This document shows, piece after piece, positions 13,681-25,894 of a DNA stretch of 64,000 bases (within the stretch, counting starts at the first letter, position 1; each line of letters begins with the position of its first letter). The stretch is taken from NCBI RefSeq assembly GCF_006345805.1, contig NC_043009.1:13020001-13084000 (forward strand), given 5' to 3'. Below the pieces are notes generated by a model. It worked only from the letters and a program-made list of their open reading frames with translations. It was not told the DNA's origin and made no database searches. The translations under genes and the position numbers were made by a program. Source of the DNA: Octopus sinensis (lineage: Eukaryota).

Positions 13681-13783
13681 GGAGTAATCACATAAATGTG
13701 AAACAAGGTGGAAAAAGAGTACTCAAATTGCAGGGGTAGAGTAATATGCTTTATTTCACAGTAGCAGAAAATTCAACAAAACT

Positions 13784-13819
13784 TGTTACTCTGAGTTTCA
13801 CGTTCCCGTTCGTCGGACA
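13784..13819 (-). ncRNA. Minimal type-I hammerhead-like motif (core CCGACGA)
   Basis: UGU-CCGACGA-ACG(GGAA)CGU-GAA-ACUC(A)GAGU-A-ACA; helices I, II and III all pair. Confidence 0.65.
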
Positions 13820-13837
13820 GTTTTTGCTAGAAAAAAC

Positions 13838-13873
13838 TGTCCGATGAACGGGAACGTGAAACTCAGAGTAACA
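13838..13873 (+). ncRNA. Minimal type-I hammerhead-like motif (core CCGAUGA)
   Basis: UGU-CCGAUGA-ACG(GGAA)CGU-GAA-ACUC(A)GAGU-A-ACA. Confidence 0.65.
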
Positions 13874-13926
13874 TGTTTTGTTGAATTTTCTGCTGCTATG
13901 AATTAAAGTATATATATATATATATA

Positions 13927-14240
13927 AGAAGAAATGAGGTACTCAGAAATTCGGATGGTTTTATATTTACAGATATTTATTTGTATATTACATGTTTTTA
14001 TACATCATATAACTTGTATCATATATCATAGATTAGCGCTTTCGTCCATTCTGGTGGAGCAATTTGAAAAGTCCACCAGAATGAACGAAAGCGCTTATAT
14101 ATGATATAAGATATAAAGTTATATGATGTATAAAAACATGTAATATACAAATAAATATCTGTAAATATAAAACCATCCGAATTTCCGAGTACCCCATTCC
14201 TTCTAATATAAAATACCTGTACATCATCTCCAAACTTTCT
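13927..14240. mobile_element. Fold-back element, family E (about 130-bp arms), hammerhead-like motif 14062-14098
   Basis: Inverted arms 13927-14058 / 14072-14204; (TA)n on both sides. Confidence 0.8.
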
Positions 14241-14264
14241 AATATATATATATATATGCGAATA

Positions 14265-14550
14265 CGCGTTGCTTAATGGCTAGGGTATTTAGCTCAGGGT
14301 CGTAAGACCATGAGTTCAAATGCCGTTGCTCCAGTCCAATTAGCTTTCAAAAATGAGTAGTACCAGTCTTCAAAGGGCCTCTTTGGTATATTGTCACACT
14401 CTATGTCATGCTGAATTTCCCTGAGGACTACGTTAAGGGTATGCGTGTCTCTGGAATACTCAACCACTTTCACGTTAATTTTAGGAGCAGGCTGTCCCGT
14501 TCATCGGATCAACAGGAGCCCTCATCGTCGTAACTGACGGAGTGCCAGTT
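14265..14550 (+). mobile_element. SINE-2, degenerate
   Basis: Homologous to the reverse complement of 27211-27533. Confidence 0.75.
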
Positions 14551-14639
14551 TTACACACACACAAAACACTCACACACATACATACATACATATACACACA
14601 CACATACATGTTTATATATAGACACACACACATATATAT

Positions 14640-14795
14640 ACGACGAGCTTCCTTTAGTTTCTCTCTACCAAATTCACTCACAAGCCAGTTGCTGTAGTAG
14701 AAATACTTTTGCCCGAGGTGCCACGCAGTTGGACTGAACCCTGAACAATGTGGTTGGGAAGTATGCTCGTTACTACACTGCCACTTCTGCGCCTA
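14640..14795 (-). mobile_element. SINE-1, 5' half
   Basis: Reverse complement of the SINE-1 head. Confidence 0.7.
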
Positions 14796-15310
14796 CATAA
14801 ACAGCGTCCGTTTGTTGTTTGTTTCCTCAGTCAAAGCCTGCTTTGCAAAACATGAATCTTACAACAGCAAGATTTGTGCAGATGTTAATATGAACAGAGT
14901 CGTTATTGTTTAGACTCACCCTGCTCTCTGTGCACCTCTCTGAATTATTTACGGTTTGATATTCACTCATCAGCAAATAATTTGTTTACACGTTCCTATA
15001 AACAAGAACTCGTGCTGTTGTGAGATTCATGAGACCGGCGGGATATTTTCGACTGATGAGGCACAATGTCACCGAAACGTCATGTTGTTTGAAGTCCCTG
15101 ACACTGGCGATCAATTAAATCAGATGTGATATGAACACAAATCGTCTAAAGGGTGGAGAAGTTCTCCAGTCGAGAAAAACAACAACGATTAGAAATTCTC
15201 GAATCTCTCAGATTGTATCAAACAATGAATAGATGCGTTACTGTTTAGGTTTTCGTTCTTCTGTGTGCAAGAGAAGGGTTACTACTGTTTTGTAATTATA
15301 ATGAAAACAT

Positions 15311-15557
15311 TTAGTGAATCAAAAGAGAAAAAAGACGATAACGGAACAAAGAAATGCCAGGAAAAAAAAAGAAGTTACTTAAAAAGAAGATGAAAAGAGA
15401 CGGAATGAAATCAAAGAACAGCAGAAAGAGAATGGAAGCCAAAGCGAATAAGGAAATAAAGAAAGAATAAAGAAAACAGAATAAGAAGAAGAAGAGGAAG
15501 AAGTAGAAGAAGACGATGATGATAATGATGATGATGATGATGATGATGGTGATGGTG

Positions 15558-15608
<51 letters not shown>

Positions 15609-15910
15609 GTGGTGATGGTGATGATCACAATAAGGAAGAAGAAGAAGAAAAATTGGAAGAAGAAGTGAATGATAATAATTATGCAGATAATGAAGAACAA
15701 AATTAAGTATGACGACGATGATGGCAGATGCAATGCACATGAAGATAACGTGTAGGATGAGGATGGTGAGGATTATGTCGATGACGATGAAGTTGATTAT
15801 ACACAACAAACTCGAAAGTAATATTAAGAAGACCAACTATAACGAAAAAAAAAAGAAAACAGAAGAAATGCAACTCAACAACTAAAATGAATAAGCGAAA
15901 GAAAAACATG
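15311..15910. repeat. Purine-rich (GAA)n/(GAT)n low-complexity tract
   Basis: Direct inspection; explains the poly-I/poly-H ORFs. Confidence 0.9.
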
Positions 15911-16128
15911 CAATTAAGCTAGGAAATATATGCGTACATCCATGTATGTATGTATGTATGTATGTATGTATGTATGTATGTAGTATGTATGTATGTATGT
16001 ATGTATGTATGCATGTATGTATATGTATACATATATGTGTATATTAATATATAAATACACACACATATATATCTATATATGTATATAAGTATCAATATAT
16101 ACATATATATATACATATGTATATATAT

Positions 16129-16168
<40 letters not shown>

Positions 16169-16670
16169 TATGTATATATGAACGTATATACATTTATGTA
16201 TACACATAGACACACGTGTATATATGCATATATATATACGCATATATGTATATATATATATATGTAAGTATATATATATATACATACATACATATACATA
16301 TTTATATGTATGCATATGTAGTGTCTTTTGTCTGCTACGAACTATTTCTTTTGTGGTATTAAGTTACACCTCTAAGTTACAGACATTCGAATAATGAATG
16401 GGTTTGGTTGAAGACGTTGTGAGGAAATTGAAAACGATTTGTAATTTTCACTGACGAATTCTTCCCGAGGATAGATTTCGAAAACAGAATAGTTAAGTTA
16501 AGCTAACAAGCCAACAACTTGTGTAGAACGAAAGATTTTATAAAAGTAAATGACCGATTCTGTTACATCTGTTACATACATACAAATATCGATACATACA
16601 TGTATATGAAGTATCTATCTATCTATATATATATATACTTACATATAAGACAAAAGGGTACGGGCGCCAC

Positions 16671-16755
<85 letters not shown>

Positions 16756-16765
<10 letters not shown>

Positions 16766-16994
16766 ACAAACTGGGACAAGAACGTAAAACGTTTAGAAGA
16801 CGATACAAAAAACACAGATGGGACATTCTTCAGTCAAGAACCGGATCATCCTCGCAATTTCTGCTGATTAATCAGCCGAAATGGCGAGGATGATCCGGTT
16901 CTTGACTGAAGATTGAAGGCTTCGAATGTCTCGTCCGTGACTTTTGTATCGTCTTCTAAATGTTTTGCGTTCTTGTCCTAGTTTGTATTTTTTT

Positions 16995-16998
<4 letters not shown>
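16756..16998. mobile_element. Fold-back element, family H (palindromic through its centre gctgattaatcagc)
   Basis: Arms pair from 16756 to 16998 with one about 13-bp indel; the termini recur at 19993-20102. Confidence 0.75.
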
Positions 16999-17032
<34 letters not shown>

Positions 17033-17059
17033 ATATATATAGATAGATAGATAGATATA

Positions 17060-17790
17060 CACGAGGTTAAGTCTGAAGATATAGCACTCTTGTTACTCTA
17101 ATGTATTAAAACAATAGCAGGGTTTGCACAAGTACACCTTCTTGCGTTCTGTTGCCTCTCCTCCTTTGGCGAGCAAGCTTGCTTATACAAAGAAAAGTTT
17201 TGGTTGGTCACTCAGACTTTTACTGACTGCTTCTTGCGCTTCTTTGTCTGTAACAAGTTGATGACCTTGTAAAGGATGTTCAAGGGGTCCAATCAGATAA
17301 TAGTCACGAGGGATGACATGGACTGTATGCAGCATGTTTCAGCTGCTCTAAACCCAATGTTGCTGTGGTTTCAATACGACCGTATGCAGGCTTGCATTGT
17401 CGTGCAATAATAACACTTGTCTTGATAATAGATCTCGGTGTTTGGTGCGAATTGCTGGTTTCATTTTGTCGATGAGAATTTAACTGTTAGGCACCTTTGC
17501 CTCCCCACAAAACAGATAGTATAACTTTTTCCGGAAAGATTGAGTTTTGAATTTCTATTTCACTGGCGATTCCGGGTTTTTCTACTCCTTACTCTGCCTT
17601 TTGCATTCTAGGTCAAAATGATGGACTCAAGTCTCATCTGTTGCGACTATCCATTACATAAAAAAAGGTAAAAACGGTCTTCATCTTCATCCGTACAGCG
17701 GATGACTAAGCGTCGACAGACTTTAACCCGAATACGCCTATGCGCTTCGATAAACTCTCTGGGCAATAATCTCGTATAGATTTTGATGGT
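17060..17790 (-). pseudogene. Degenerate mariner transposase
   Basis: Minus-strand frames give IYTRLLPREFIEAHRRIRVKVCRRL, DET*VHHFDLECKRQSKE, LLLHDNASLHT and an AYSP...DYYLIGPL-like stretch (decayed DETW, HDNA and YSPDL motifs). Confidence 0.75.
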
Positions 17791-18633
17791 ATGCGCTCCT
17801 CTCTCACTCAATAATAACAATGGTTTCAAATTTTGGCTTTAGGCTGGATAGTTCGGCTGACGGTGTAAGTCGATTATATTGTTTTGTATCTAATGAGACA
17901 TGAACATACAATAAAACAGAAAGTAATTTAATCTGAAGTCAATGTTGATCTTCTGAAGGGTGAATAATGAGCAAATGGCATTTATATCATAACGAATAGA
18001 AAAAAAACATTGCTTAAGATAACGATCTGTATTTGATAATGGTTATGTGATGATTATTTCTTTCCTTTATTAATAGATAATGTATAGTTTCCTCTAAGAA
18101 TTTATAGTATAGCCCTATTACCTACGTTATCAAATATATTGAATTTTGTTTAGGAGAATCTGTCCACAATGCAGATGTATATCCTAAAAACAAACATTTT
18201 CTATATCTCACCTATAAACTCTATATGAAAAAATCTGTCATGAATGCAATTAAATCGAAAGAAGATGAATCGATCATTATCATTTTTGCCTCAAGATTCA
18301 AGCTTCAATATTTCATATAGTGTCCCACGTCAGCATTACTTTCGTCCCGCAGAGTTTGATAAAGACTACACATAAATACTGGAGTCGATACAAACGGTAT
18401 AAACCATATGGGAAATCGAGGCTCTTTCCACGGAGTGTTCGACAAATAGAAACAGTAAAAGAATGAAAGAAATAAGGAACAACTTATATTTTCCTTTTTT
18501 TAAGAGATTCGCCTTAATTGCTATCTTTCATTCTGCAATTTCATTTTACAAGAGTAAAATAATGCTTTAATTTAGTGGGGAATTTGGAGGTTTTGAAAAT
18601 ATTATATTAATCGGTTACTCAGTAACACAACTA

Positions 18634-19197
18634 TTGGTTGTCCGGAAAGTTCATGCCGATTTTTAAGGAAAGAAAAAGGTCAATAAATACTTGCCATTAC
18701 ATTTTTAATCAACCAAATATGAACCATTTTGTTGCACAATACATCTCCATCTTTCCTTTAACTTGAAAATGCCCGCTGCCCAGAATTACAGGGGTTTCAT
18801 AGCAAAGAATTCATCAAGGTATATATTTACGTCATCCAAGGAATGGAAATTTTTACCATTAAGACTATTCTGCAGAGACTTGAAGAAGTGGAAATCCGAA
18901 GGAGCAATATCTAGTGAATATGGAAGGTGGGGTAACACATCCCAGCCGAGCTGCAGCAAATTTTGTCTGTTTCCCAAAGCATCAAATACCGAAAATGAAC
19001 TTTCTTATCTTCCATTTTAAATGGTTACAGAATTAACACAGGTTATAGGAACATAAAACTTATTCCACGAAATGATAGTTTTAACTGTGCTCTAAATGGA
19101 GGTGTAGTAACATCCTATTTTATGGACTCAACCATGTTCTAAAATAAGTCGAAAGGTAAGCTACTATAAATCGGCACGAACTTTCCGGACAACCCAA
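18634..19197 (-). mobile_element. Internally deleted mariner element with about 29-bp TIRs
   Basis: TIRs ttggttgtccggaaagttcatgccgattt / aaatcggcacgaactttccggacaacccaa; TA at 18632-33; LGWDVLPHLPYSLDIAPSDFHFFKSLQNSLNGK (ORF 18786-18977). Confidence 0.92.
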
Positions 19198-19522
19198 TGT
19201 AATCTGAAATGGACGTAGAATAAGTCTTTGAATGCTCCTGTATTTCGAAAGTGTCGATTGCATCTTTCTATTACGATTTACTTTCTACGGCAAATGGTAA
19301 ATGTAACATACATTTTACATCTCTCTCTCTCCCACTGTCTCTCCATCTCTCTCTCCTTCTCTCTCACTCTTTCACTCTCTCCTTTAAATTCGTTTACGGT
19401 AAAGGTTTTTTGAATATGCGTGCGAAAGACCCTATTTTATTATGTCGGCTACACCCACACGATACCAACTTGCAAATAGCAGAATTGTGGGTTTGTACCG
19501 AGCTGTGCCGATATGATGCATA

Positions 19523-19537
19523 ATAATAATAATAATA

Positions 19538-19582
<45 letters not shown>

Positions 19583-19610
19583 TAATAATAATAATAATAA
19601 TAATAATAAT
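19523..19610. repeat. (AAT)n microsatellite
   Basis: Direct inspection. Confidence 0.97.
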
Positions 19611-19895
19611 TTTATGGATGGAATTTATAAGTAGTTTAATGCATGGCTACGCACGTTTCGCCAAATCACATGTTACTTAGGATCATTGTTCTTATTCCTG
19701 AGATGATTACAGTACAGTCTGTAATATCCGTGGACATCGGGTGGACCATAGCTAATGTGCTCATCTCCTTAGGCGATATGGTATTAACAGTGGAAGCAAC
19801 GAATATATAACTGAAAGCTTTTATCAGTGTGTGTGTGTGTGTGCGTGTGTGCGTGTGTGTGTGTGTGTGCGTGTGTGTGTGCGTGTGTGTGTGCG

Positions 19896-19948
<53 letters not shown>

Positions 19949-19992
19949 TTATATATAAGAGACCAAAGTGTACGTACGCCGCTATATTATAT

Positions 19993-20102
19993 GAAAAGGA
20001 ATTCCAAAAATGGGACAAAAACGCAAAACATTCAGACAATTCCGAATGACCCGTTCTTGTTTTGTTGTACCACGTGTCTTGTCCCAGTTTTGGTATTTCT
20101 TT
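19993..20102. mobile_element. Short head-to-head fusion of family H termini
   Basis: aaaaatgggacaaaaacgcaaaacatt and tgtcttgtcccagttttggtatt match both ends of 16756-16998. Confidence 0.55.
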
Positions 20103-20200
20103 ATACACACACACACATATATATATACTAACATGGGCCCCCATATATGGATTCTAATAGCCTATTTGCCGTTGGGCAAGCTGGCAACCTGGCCAGTCCG

Positions 20201-20269
<69 letters not shown>

Positions 20270-20668
20270 TATATAATAGATAAGTTATTATACAACTCAT
20301 GATTACACTCAATACCTGTTTATAATGAAAATATATATTTGAATCTCCATCGGTAATTACTGGTATTGTTTTTAGTTCTATATAGCCATGAACTAAAAGA
20401 AAAAATTACCTGATAATGTCATGAACAAAAATTCCGAAACTAACGAAACCGATTTGGTTGTTCACTCTAGACAATCATTAGGACAAGTACGAGTAATGAA
20501 TATTATTTACTACCGTCAATTCAATTGACTATCTTTCACCATAAATAAATCTTTGTGTGAAAAAGAAAGATGAGAATGCATTTAAAAAAAAATATATATT
20601 GATTCGTTGTAGTATCCTTAAAATAATGCGATCATTATCTTTCTACTTGTTTAGTTAATTATATATAT

Positions 20669-20726
<58 letters not shown>

Positions 20727-21804
20727 AATTAATCATCTATACTCCACTATTATGTTCATAAAAGAAACAATTAATTCTGATAAAATATATACTCCCTCTA
20801 CTGCACAAAATAGTCCGCTATCTTGTCACAAAAAGTCAATGATTTATTTTGGGGAATTATTTAGAGCAATTAATTAAACTCAGATCGATTCGAGAGCACG
20901 ATAGTACGCCAATACTTCGTGGAAACCATTATATTTCACTACTAATTATAAGGCCTTTGGGAGAGGCTTTAATATCATCTATTATCCCGTTTCTCTCCTA
21001 ACATATGAGCTGAGTTACACAAACGCATTATTAAGGAATGCAGAGAAACTAAATTGAGGATAGAAAATTATAGTGCGTTTCCTTCAAGTTTCTTTAAAGT
21101 CAGATAACGAACTTCAGACACAGGCAGCCCTTAATGTTTCAGGAAAAGCAAGGAGTTATGATGATACTCATTTCCTATGTCAGTGATTCATAGAATAAGC
21201 TGAGTAGCACAATGCAGTGTTTGCAACTCTCTATAGTTTTTGGTTCAAAATCCGCTATGCCCAACTTGTGTGTCATAGTACTGATGTTGATAAAATAATT
21301 GGTCTTCGATAGGAATGGAAATCAAATCCGGATCTTGTTGCTTGGAAGTTATTTATCATACTCAATGAATAGTTACAAAAAAAAAAAAATGTTTGTGTTT
21401 TATTAGATACGCATCAGGTCTTTCTGCTCTTATTTAGACTGAAGTCATTCAGCCAAGGAAACTTAGAAAACCATTTATTTTCATATGATGACGCGTCATA
21501 ATCTAAATATGAATCATAAACTGGAATAATTTCTGTAAAAAGAAAACGAAGAGCGAAAAGCAATAATGTAAAAGCATTCTGATATTCAGGAGACTATCAA
21601 AATATATCTCTCATTGTTTTATATCTATGATTGGTTTATAGCTTAATTAATTGCGAAAATATTTTGCTATTTCAGTAACTACAGCTATTTTTGGTGTTGA
21701 ATGAAAATTATTCCGGCGGAAAAATGCAACTCCTCCTAATCATTGTAAAACAACGATAAAAGCCACAAGCACACGTACAAATAACAATGACAATAATAGA
21801 ATTG

Positions 21805-21828
21805 CATATAATAATAATAATAATAATG

Positions 21829-21916
<88 letters not shown>

Positions 21917-21965
21917 TAATAATAATAATAATGATGATGGTGATAATGATGATTATGATGATGAT
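21805..21965. repeat. (AAT)n grading into (GAT)n
   Basis: Direct inspection. Confidence 0.97.
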
Positions 21966-22912
21966 GCCATCTACGGGGAAATGGACGCGTAAAATTTGAG
22001 TTTCTATATATTGGCAACTTTATTAGTGCTATGGAGTATATCATCAATATTTCTATTTCTGGTCTAAATTCTGCCATTTTTGCTTTGAAAGTTGCGAAAG
22101 ATTGTGTTGATTGAAGAAGCAAATATGAGCCCACGCTGACGAGCTGCTCTGACCCATTGACCTTCAGTGTAAAATAATGGGTGCCATCTAGTCGAAAGTT
22201 GTTATACATACAGAATATACAATAGTAAAAGATTATGACGGTTCCTCAATACACGAAGAAAGTGAGCCAATACTGATGATGAATTATTTTGTTCATCATG
22301 ATATCTCTGCTGTTGCTACTGATGCTGATGACATCGGCGATGATAACGTTACTGGATCGTGCTTTCCTATTGAAAAAATTTGCACTAATTTCTATGAAAC
22401 CAGGAGACATCGAAATCAATGAAGACTACTTCAGTTCTGTAGAATTGTTTGTATGGTATAGCTTCTATGCTATTGTTGTTGCTTTGGTATGGTCCTCGGC
22501 GGACTTCTGATTTAATTCCATTTATGATAAAGTGTTCCATCCCTGATAATCGCATCTTATTTTCAAGTATAGCTTATCTGCAACAATAACGTTGTCAGGT
22601 TATTTGTTTTGCACTCTCGACAACTGATGAGGTCGTTGGTGAGTCGCTGAGGCATATAATGTGTCTTATGCATTTCAACCTTGTCGAGTCAAAGACTCTA
22701 GAACTCTAACCTCAGCCAATTACGTTTATAGACAGTAACAAAGAAAGGAGGATAGAAACTGGTATTTTATTTCTCTATCAGAAAAGGATATAAGACAAAT
22801 ATCACCGCAGCAAGATTCGAACTTAAAGCACGGAGAGCCGGAACGAATACCACAATTTATTCAAGTCCAGTATAGCGCATTTAATAACGACATCATCATA
22901 TAACCACACACG

Positions 22913-22960
<48 letters not shown>

Positions 22961-23006
22961 ACACACATACACACACGGATGTATCTCCAGGTTCACATGC
23001 GATGCC

Positions 23007-23320
23007 TTTAGGAGGTACCCAAAAAAAGCAGAAACGTTCTCTGTGGAACAAGCCCGTCGTAGTTCAACTTACGCCGCTAGAAGCCACTTGATGCGACCCT
23101 CAGGCATAAGTCTACCGACAGATGTTGTCCACTGGGGACATATTGCCGCGTGTTGCGTCTTGGTTTTGCAGTGTTTCTCCCCTGTTCATCGATTTTTGCA
23201 TGGACCGATGCATTGCTTCAAATGGAGAATGCTTTGAAGACGATAAAAGTGTAAACACGTAAAACTAATTGAATGAAATAATATTGCAATATTCCGGTTT
23301 CTTTTCGATACCCCGCTCGT
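23007..23320 (+). mobile_element. Mariner-derived MITE
   Basis: Degenerate TIRs (ta-ggaggtacccaaaaaaagcagaa / ttccggtttcttttcgataccccgctcg-ta); C-terminal remnant DRCIASNGECFEDD. Confidence 0.55.
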
Positions 23321-23340
23321 ATATATATATTTAAAAAGCA

Positions 23341-24690
23341 GCGTAAAAGTTATTTGATTCTGTGACAATATTTATGGAACTAAGGTTTTTAAATCATTAA
23401 CTATTAAAAAATTATTTAGAAGGCAGAAGGGCACCAACATTTGGTGTAGTCGTTTGTGTATAGTGTCTATTTTGTGTGTAGTTTGTATTTTGTGTTTAAG
23501 CGCTTTTGTTCTTCAACTTTTCCAGCGCACATGTTCTGGTCTAATTCGTATAAAGGAGGCTGCTTTTAGCAATGGTGTTCACTGTTTCCAGTTTATGTTC
23601 GGCTTCAGAATTCTTCTAAAATATTCTTCTCTTCTCTTTTGTAGTTGATTATTTTCATCTTTTATTTTGAATAAAGACAATATTTTGAATTTTCCATTTG
23701 CACAAATGCCTGGCTGTTTATTACATGCAGCATTTCTAAGATTTGAATCTTGAATTTGATTATTTCTGTCTGTTTTAAGGTGACACTAGTGGAAGGTTGT
23801 TGCTATAACAACCAGCCTCCTTCGCATAATTCCTTCCTGTTGTTAATGACTAACTTCAATTTGTTAATAAAGAAGGCTTCCATAATTCTGAAATTGTTCA
23901 TGTTTCGTTGAGTTGCCTTGACGGAAACTTTGAAGTTCCGGGTTTGGCACTTCTTCAGGTGTTTTTGTCACAATGGGCTCCTTTATACGTACGAGTAGTT
24001 TCCTGGTGGTGGTCCTCTCGTAAGATGCTCTACATTTATTGTAGACTACTTCGAACACTACATAGGCCCTGGGGCATGTTTTGATGTCGTTGATGGGGCA
24101 GACGTTTAGTGCGCACCACACGGTGCTCCCTGTGATGTCTTCCCTCGACAGAACTTTCCTCGGGGATGGACCTGCGTGTATCAGCTGCTTGTTAAGTCAT
24201 TCCCTGCGGATGGCATGTTGAACAGCTGCCGTTTTTCTGTTGTCCAAGTAGGGTAGTCTAAAGAAGCACTTTTCTGACCTGATGTTATAGGTTTTCTGGT
24301 GTTCTTTACCTGTTTCGTGCTTATGGATGCTGTCGTTTAGCTGTGAATGGCGGGTAGCCGTTGTGCGCTAAAAGTTATTTGATTCTGTGACAATATTTAT
24401 GGAACTAAGGTTTTTAAATCATTAACTATTAAAACATTATTTTGAAGGCAGAAGGTCACCAACACTTGGGGAACCGCTTGGTGTTGTTGGCGTTGTCGGT
24501 TACTTCATTGCACCTGTCTCTAATGCGTGCTATTTCGTTTTGTATGTATGTAGCTTTGGTTCTGGTGGGCAGGCTGAATCGTAATGCACGAACAATTACC
24601 TACTCGCTGCTTCTGTGATCCTGATTTCGAAATCCAGCAGAGAGAAACGGTTCCGGACTCGCCAAGGTATTCAATCTCGACTTTTATGTG
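23341..24690 (-). mobile_element. Penelope-like element, 5'-truncated (RT C-terminus, thumb, GIY-YIG endonuclease, 3' UTR)
   Basis: LLDFEIRIT, HYDSA, IQNEIARIRDRC, AHNGYP, RLPYL, CPRAYVVFEVV.NKC.ASY, TTRKLLVRIKE, RIMEAFFINKLKLVINNRKEL across frames; about 105-bp internal duplication. Confidence 0.8.
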
Positions 24691-24702
24691 ACTATTGAAA
24701 AA

Positions 24703-24733
<31 letters not shown>

Positions 24734-24745
24734 GAAAGTAGGAAA

Positions 24746-24785
<40 letters not shown>

Positions 24786-25291
24786 CTGATTCGTAAGAGT
24801 TAAATTTTGTAGTTCGAATTGGTTCGTCATCGTTCAGGTAAAGGTTTGAATTACACCAGAAGAATATAATCCCTTTCTTCTTTCCTTCTCTTTCTTCCTA
24901 TCTTTCTTTGTATCTTTCCTTCTTTCCTTATGTCTTTCATTGTTTTCTTCGAGTCGTTTTCTTCTTCTTTTGTTTCTTGGATCTTCCTTCTCAGTGATTG
25001 GTTGTAACAATGTTGTTGTTATGCCTTTGAGAAATCTTTAACAACATTTCTGGAAACACATTACTTCCCGTCACTTGACAGTTTCACAATGGATTTGGTT
25101 GTTTATCAAATATATAGCAATAAATTCATAAATTTGTCGAGAGAACACGTTACATGTACAGGGCAAGCTTCAGCGGCAGATCTATAACGGAATTACAAGT
25201 ATGCGACCTAGCGAAGCGCTGCTACAAACAATCGCTATCATTAGCATCACCATTACCCTGATAAGTATGACGAACATCAGCGTAAGAGATA

Positions 25292-25559
25292 TTCTTTTAT
25301 TCTTATTCTTTTATTTGTTTCAGTCATTTGACTGCGGCCATGCTGGAACACCGCTTTTAGGCGAGCAAATCGACTCCGGGGCTTATTCTTTGTAAGCCTA
25401 GTACTTATTCTATCGGTCTCTCTTGCCGAACCGCTTAGTGACGTAAACACACCAGCATCGGTTGTCAAGCGACGTTGGGGGACAAACACAGACACGCAAA
25501 AACACACACACACACACACCACACACACACACACCCACACACACACACATACACACACT

Positions 25560-25603
<44 letters not shown>

Positions 25604-25776
25604 ATATATGTACGACAGGCTTCTTTCAGTTTCCGTCTACCAAATCCACTCACAAGTCTTTGGTTGGCCCGAGGCTATAGTAGAAGACACTTGCCCAAGG
25701 TGCCACGCAGTGGGACTGAACTCAAAACTATGTGGTTGGTAAGCAAGCTACTTACCACACAGCCACTCCTGCGCCT
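25292..25776 (-). mobile_element. SINE-1, full length
   Basis: Reverse complement of 12567-12977. Confidence 0.9.
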
Positions 25777-25894
25777 GTTTACAAAATATTTATACTACTA
25801 CTACTATTACTACTACTACTACTACTAATACTACTACTTCTACTACTACTACCACTACTACTACTACTGTCACCGCCAGCATCAACAACAACAA

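Larger units (their letters stand above)
13679..13910. mobile_element. Fold-back element, family D, two head-to-head hammerhead-like motifs
   Basis: Inverted arms 13764-13824 / 13832-13893; (TA)n on both sides. Confidence 0.8.

Noticed and set aside
13679-14240. Clustered short repeats considered as CRISPR-like or as ordinary MITE TIRs
   Set aside because: No direct repeat-spacer array; the arms pair to the centre and are asymmetric in length, unlike TIR MITEs with an internal region.
22327-22355. CUGAUGA-CAUC(GGC)GAUG-AUAACGUU
   Set aside because: Lies in a degenerate (GAT/GCT)n tract and lacks GAAA; likely chance.
24618-24640. Palindrome gatttcgaaatc near ctgat
   Set aside because: It is PLE RT coding sequence (LLDFEIRIT), not a ribozyme.
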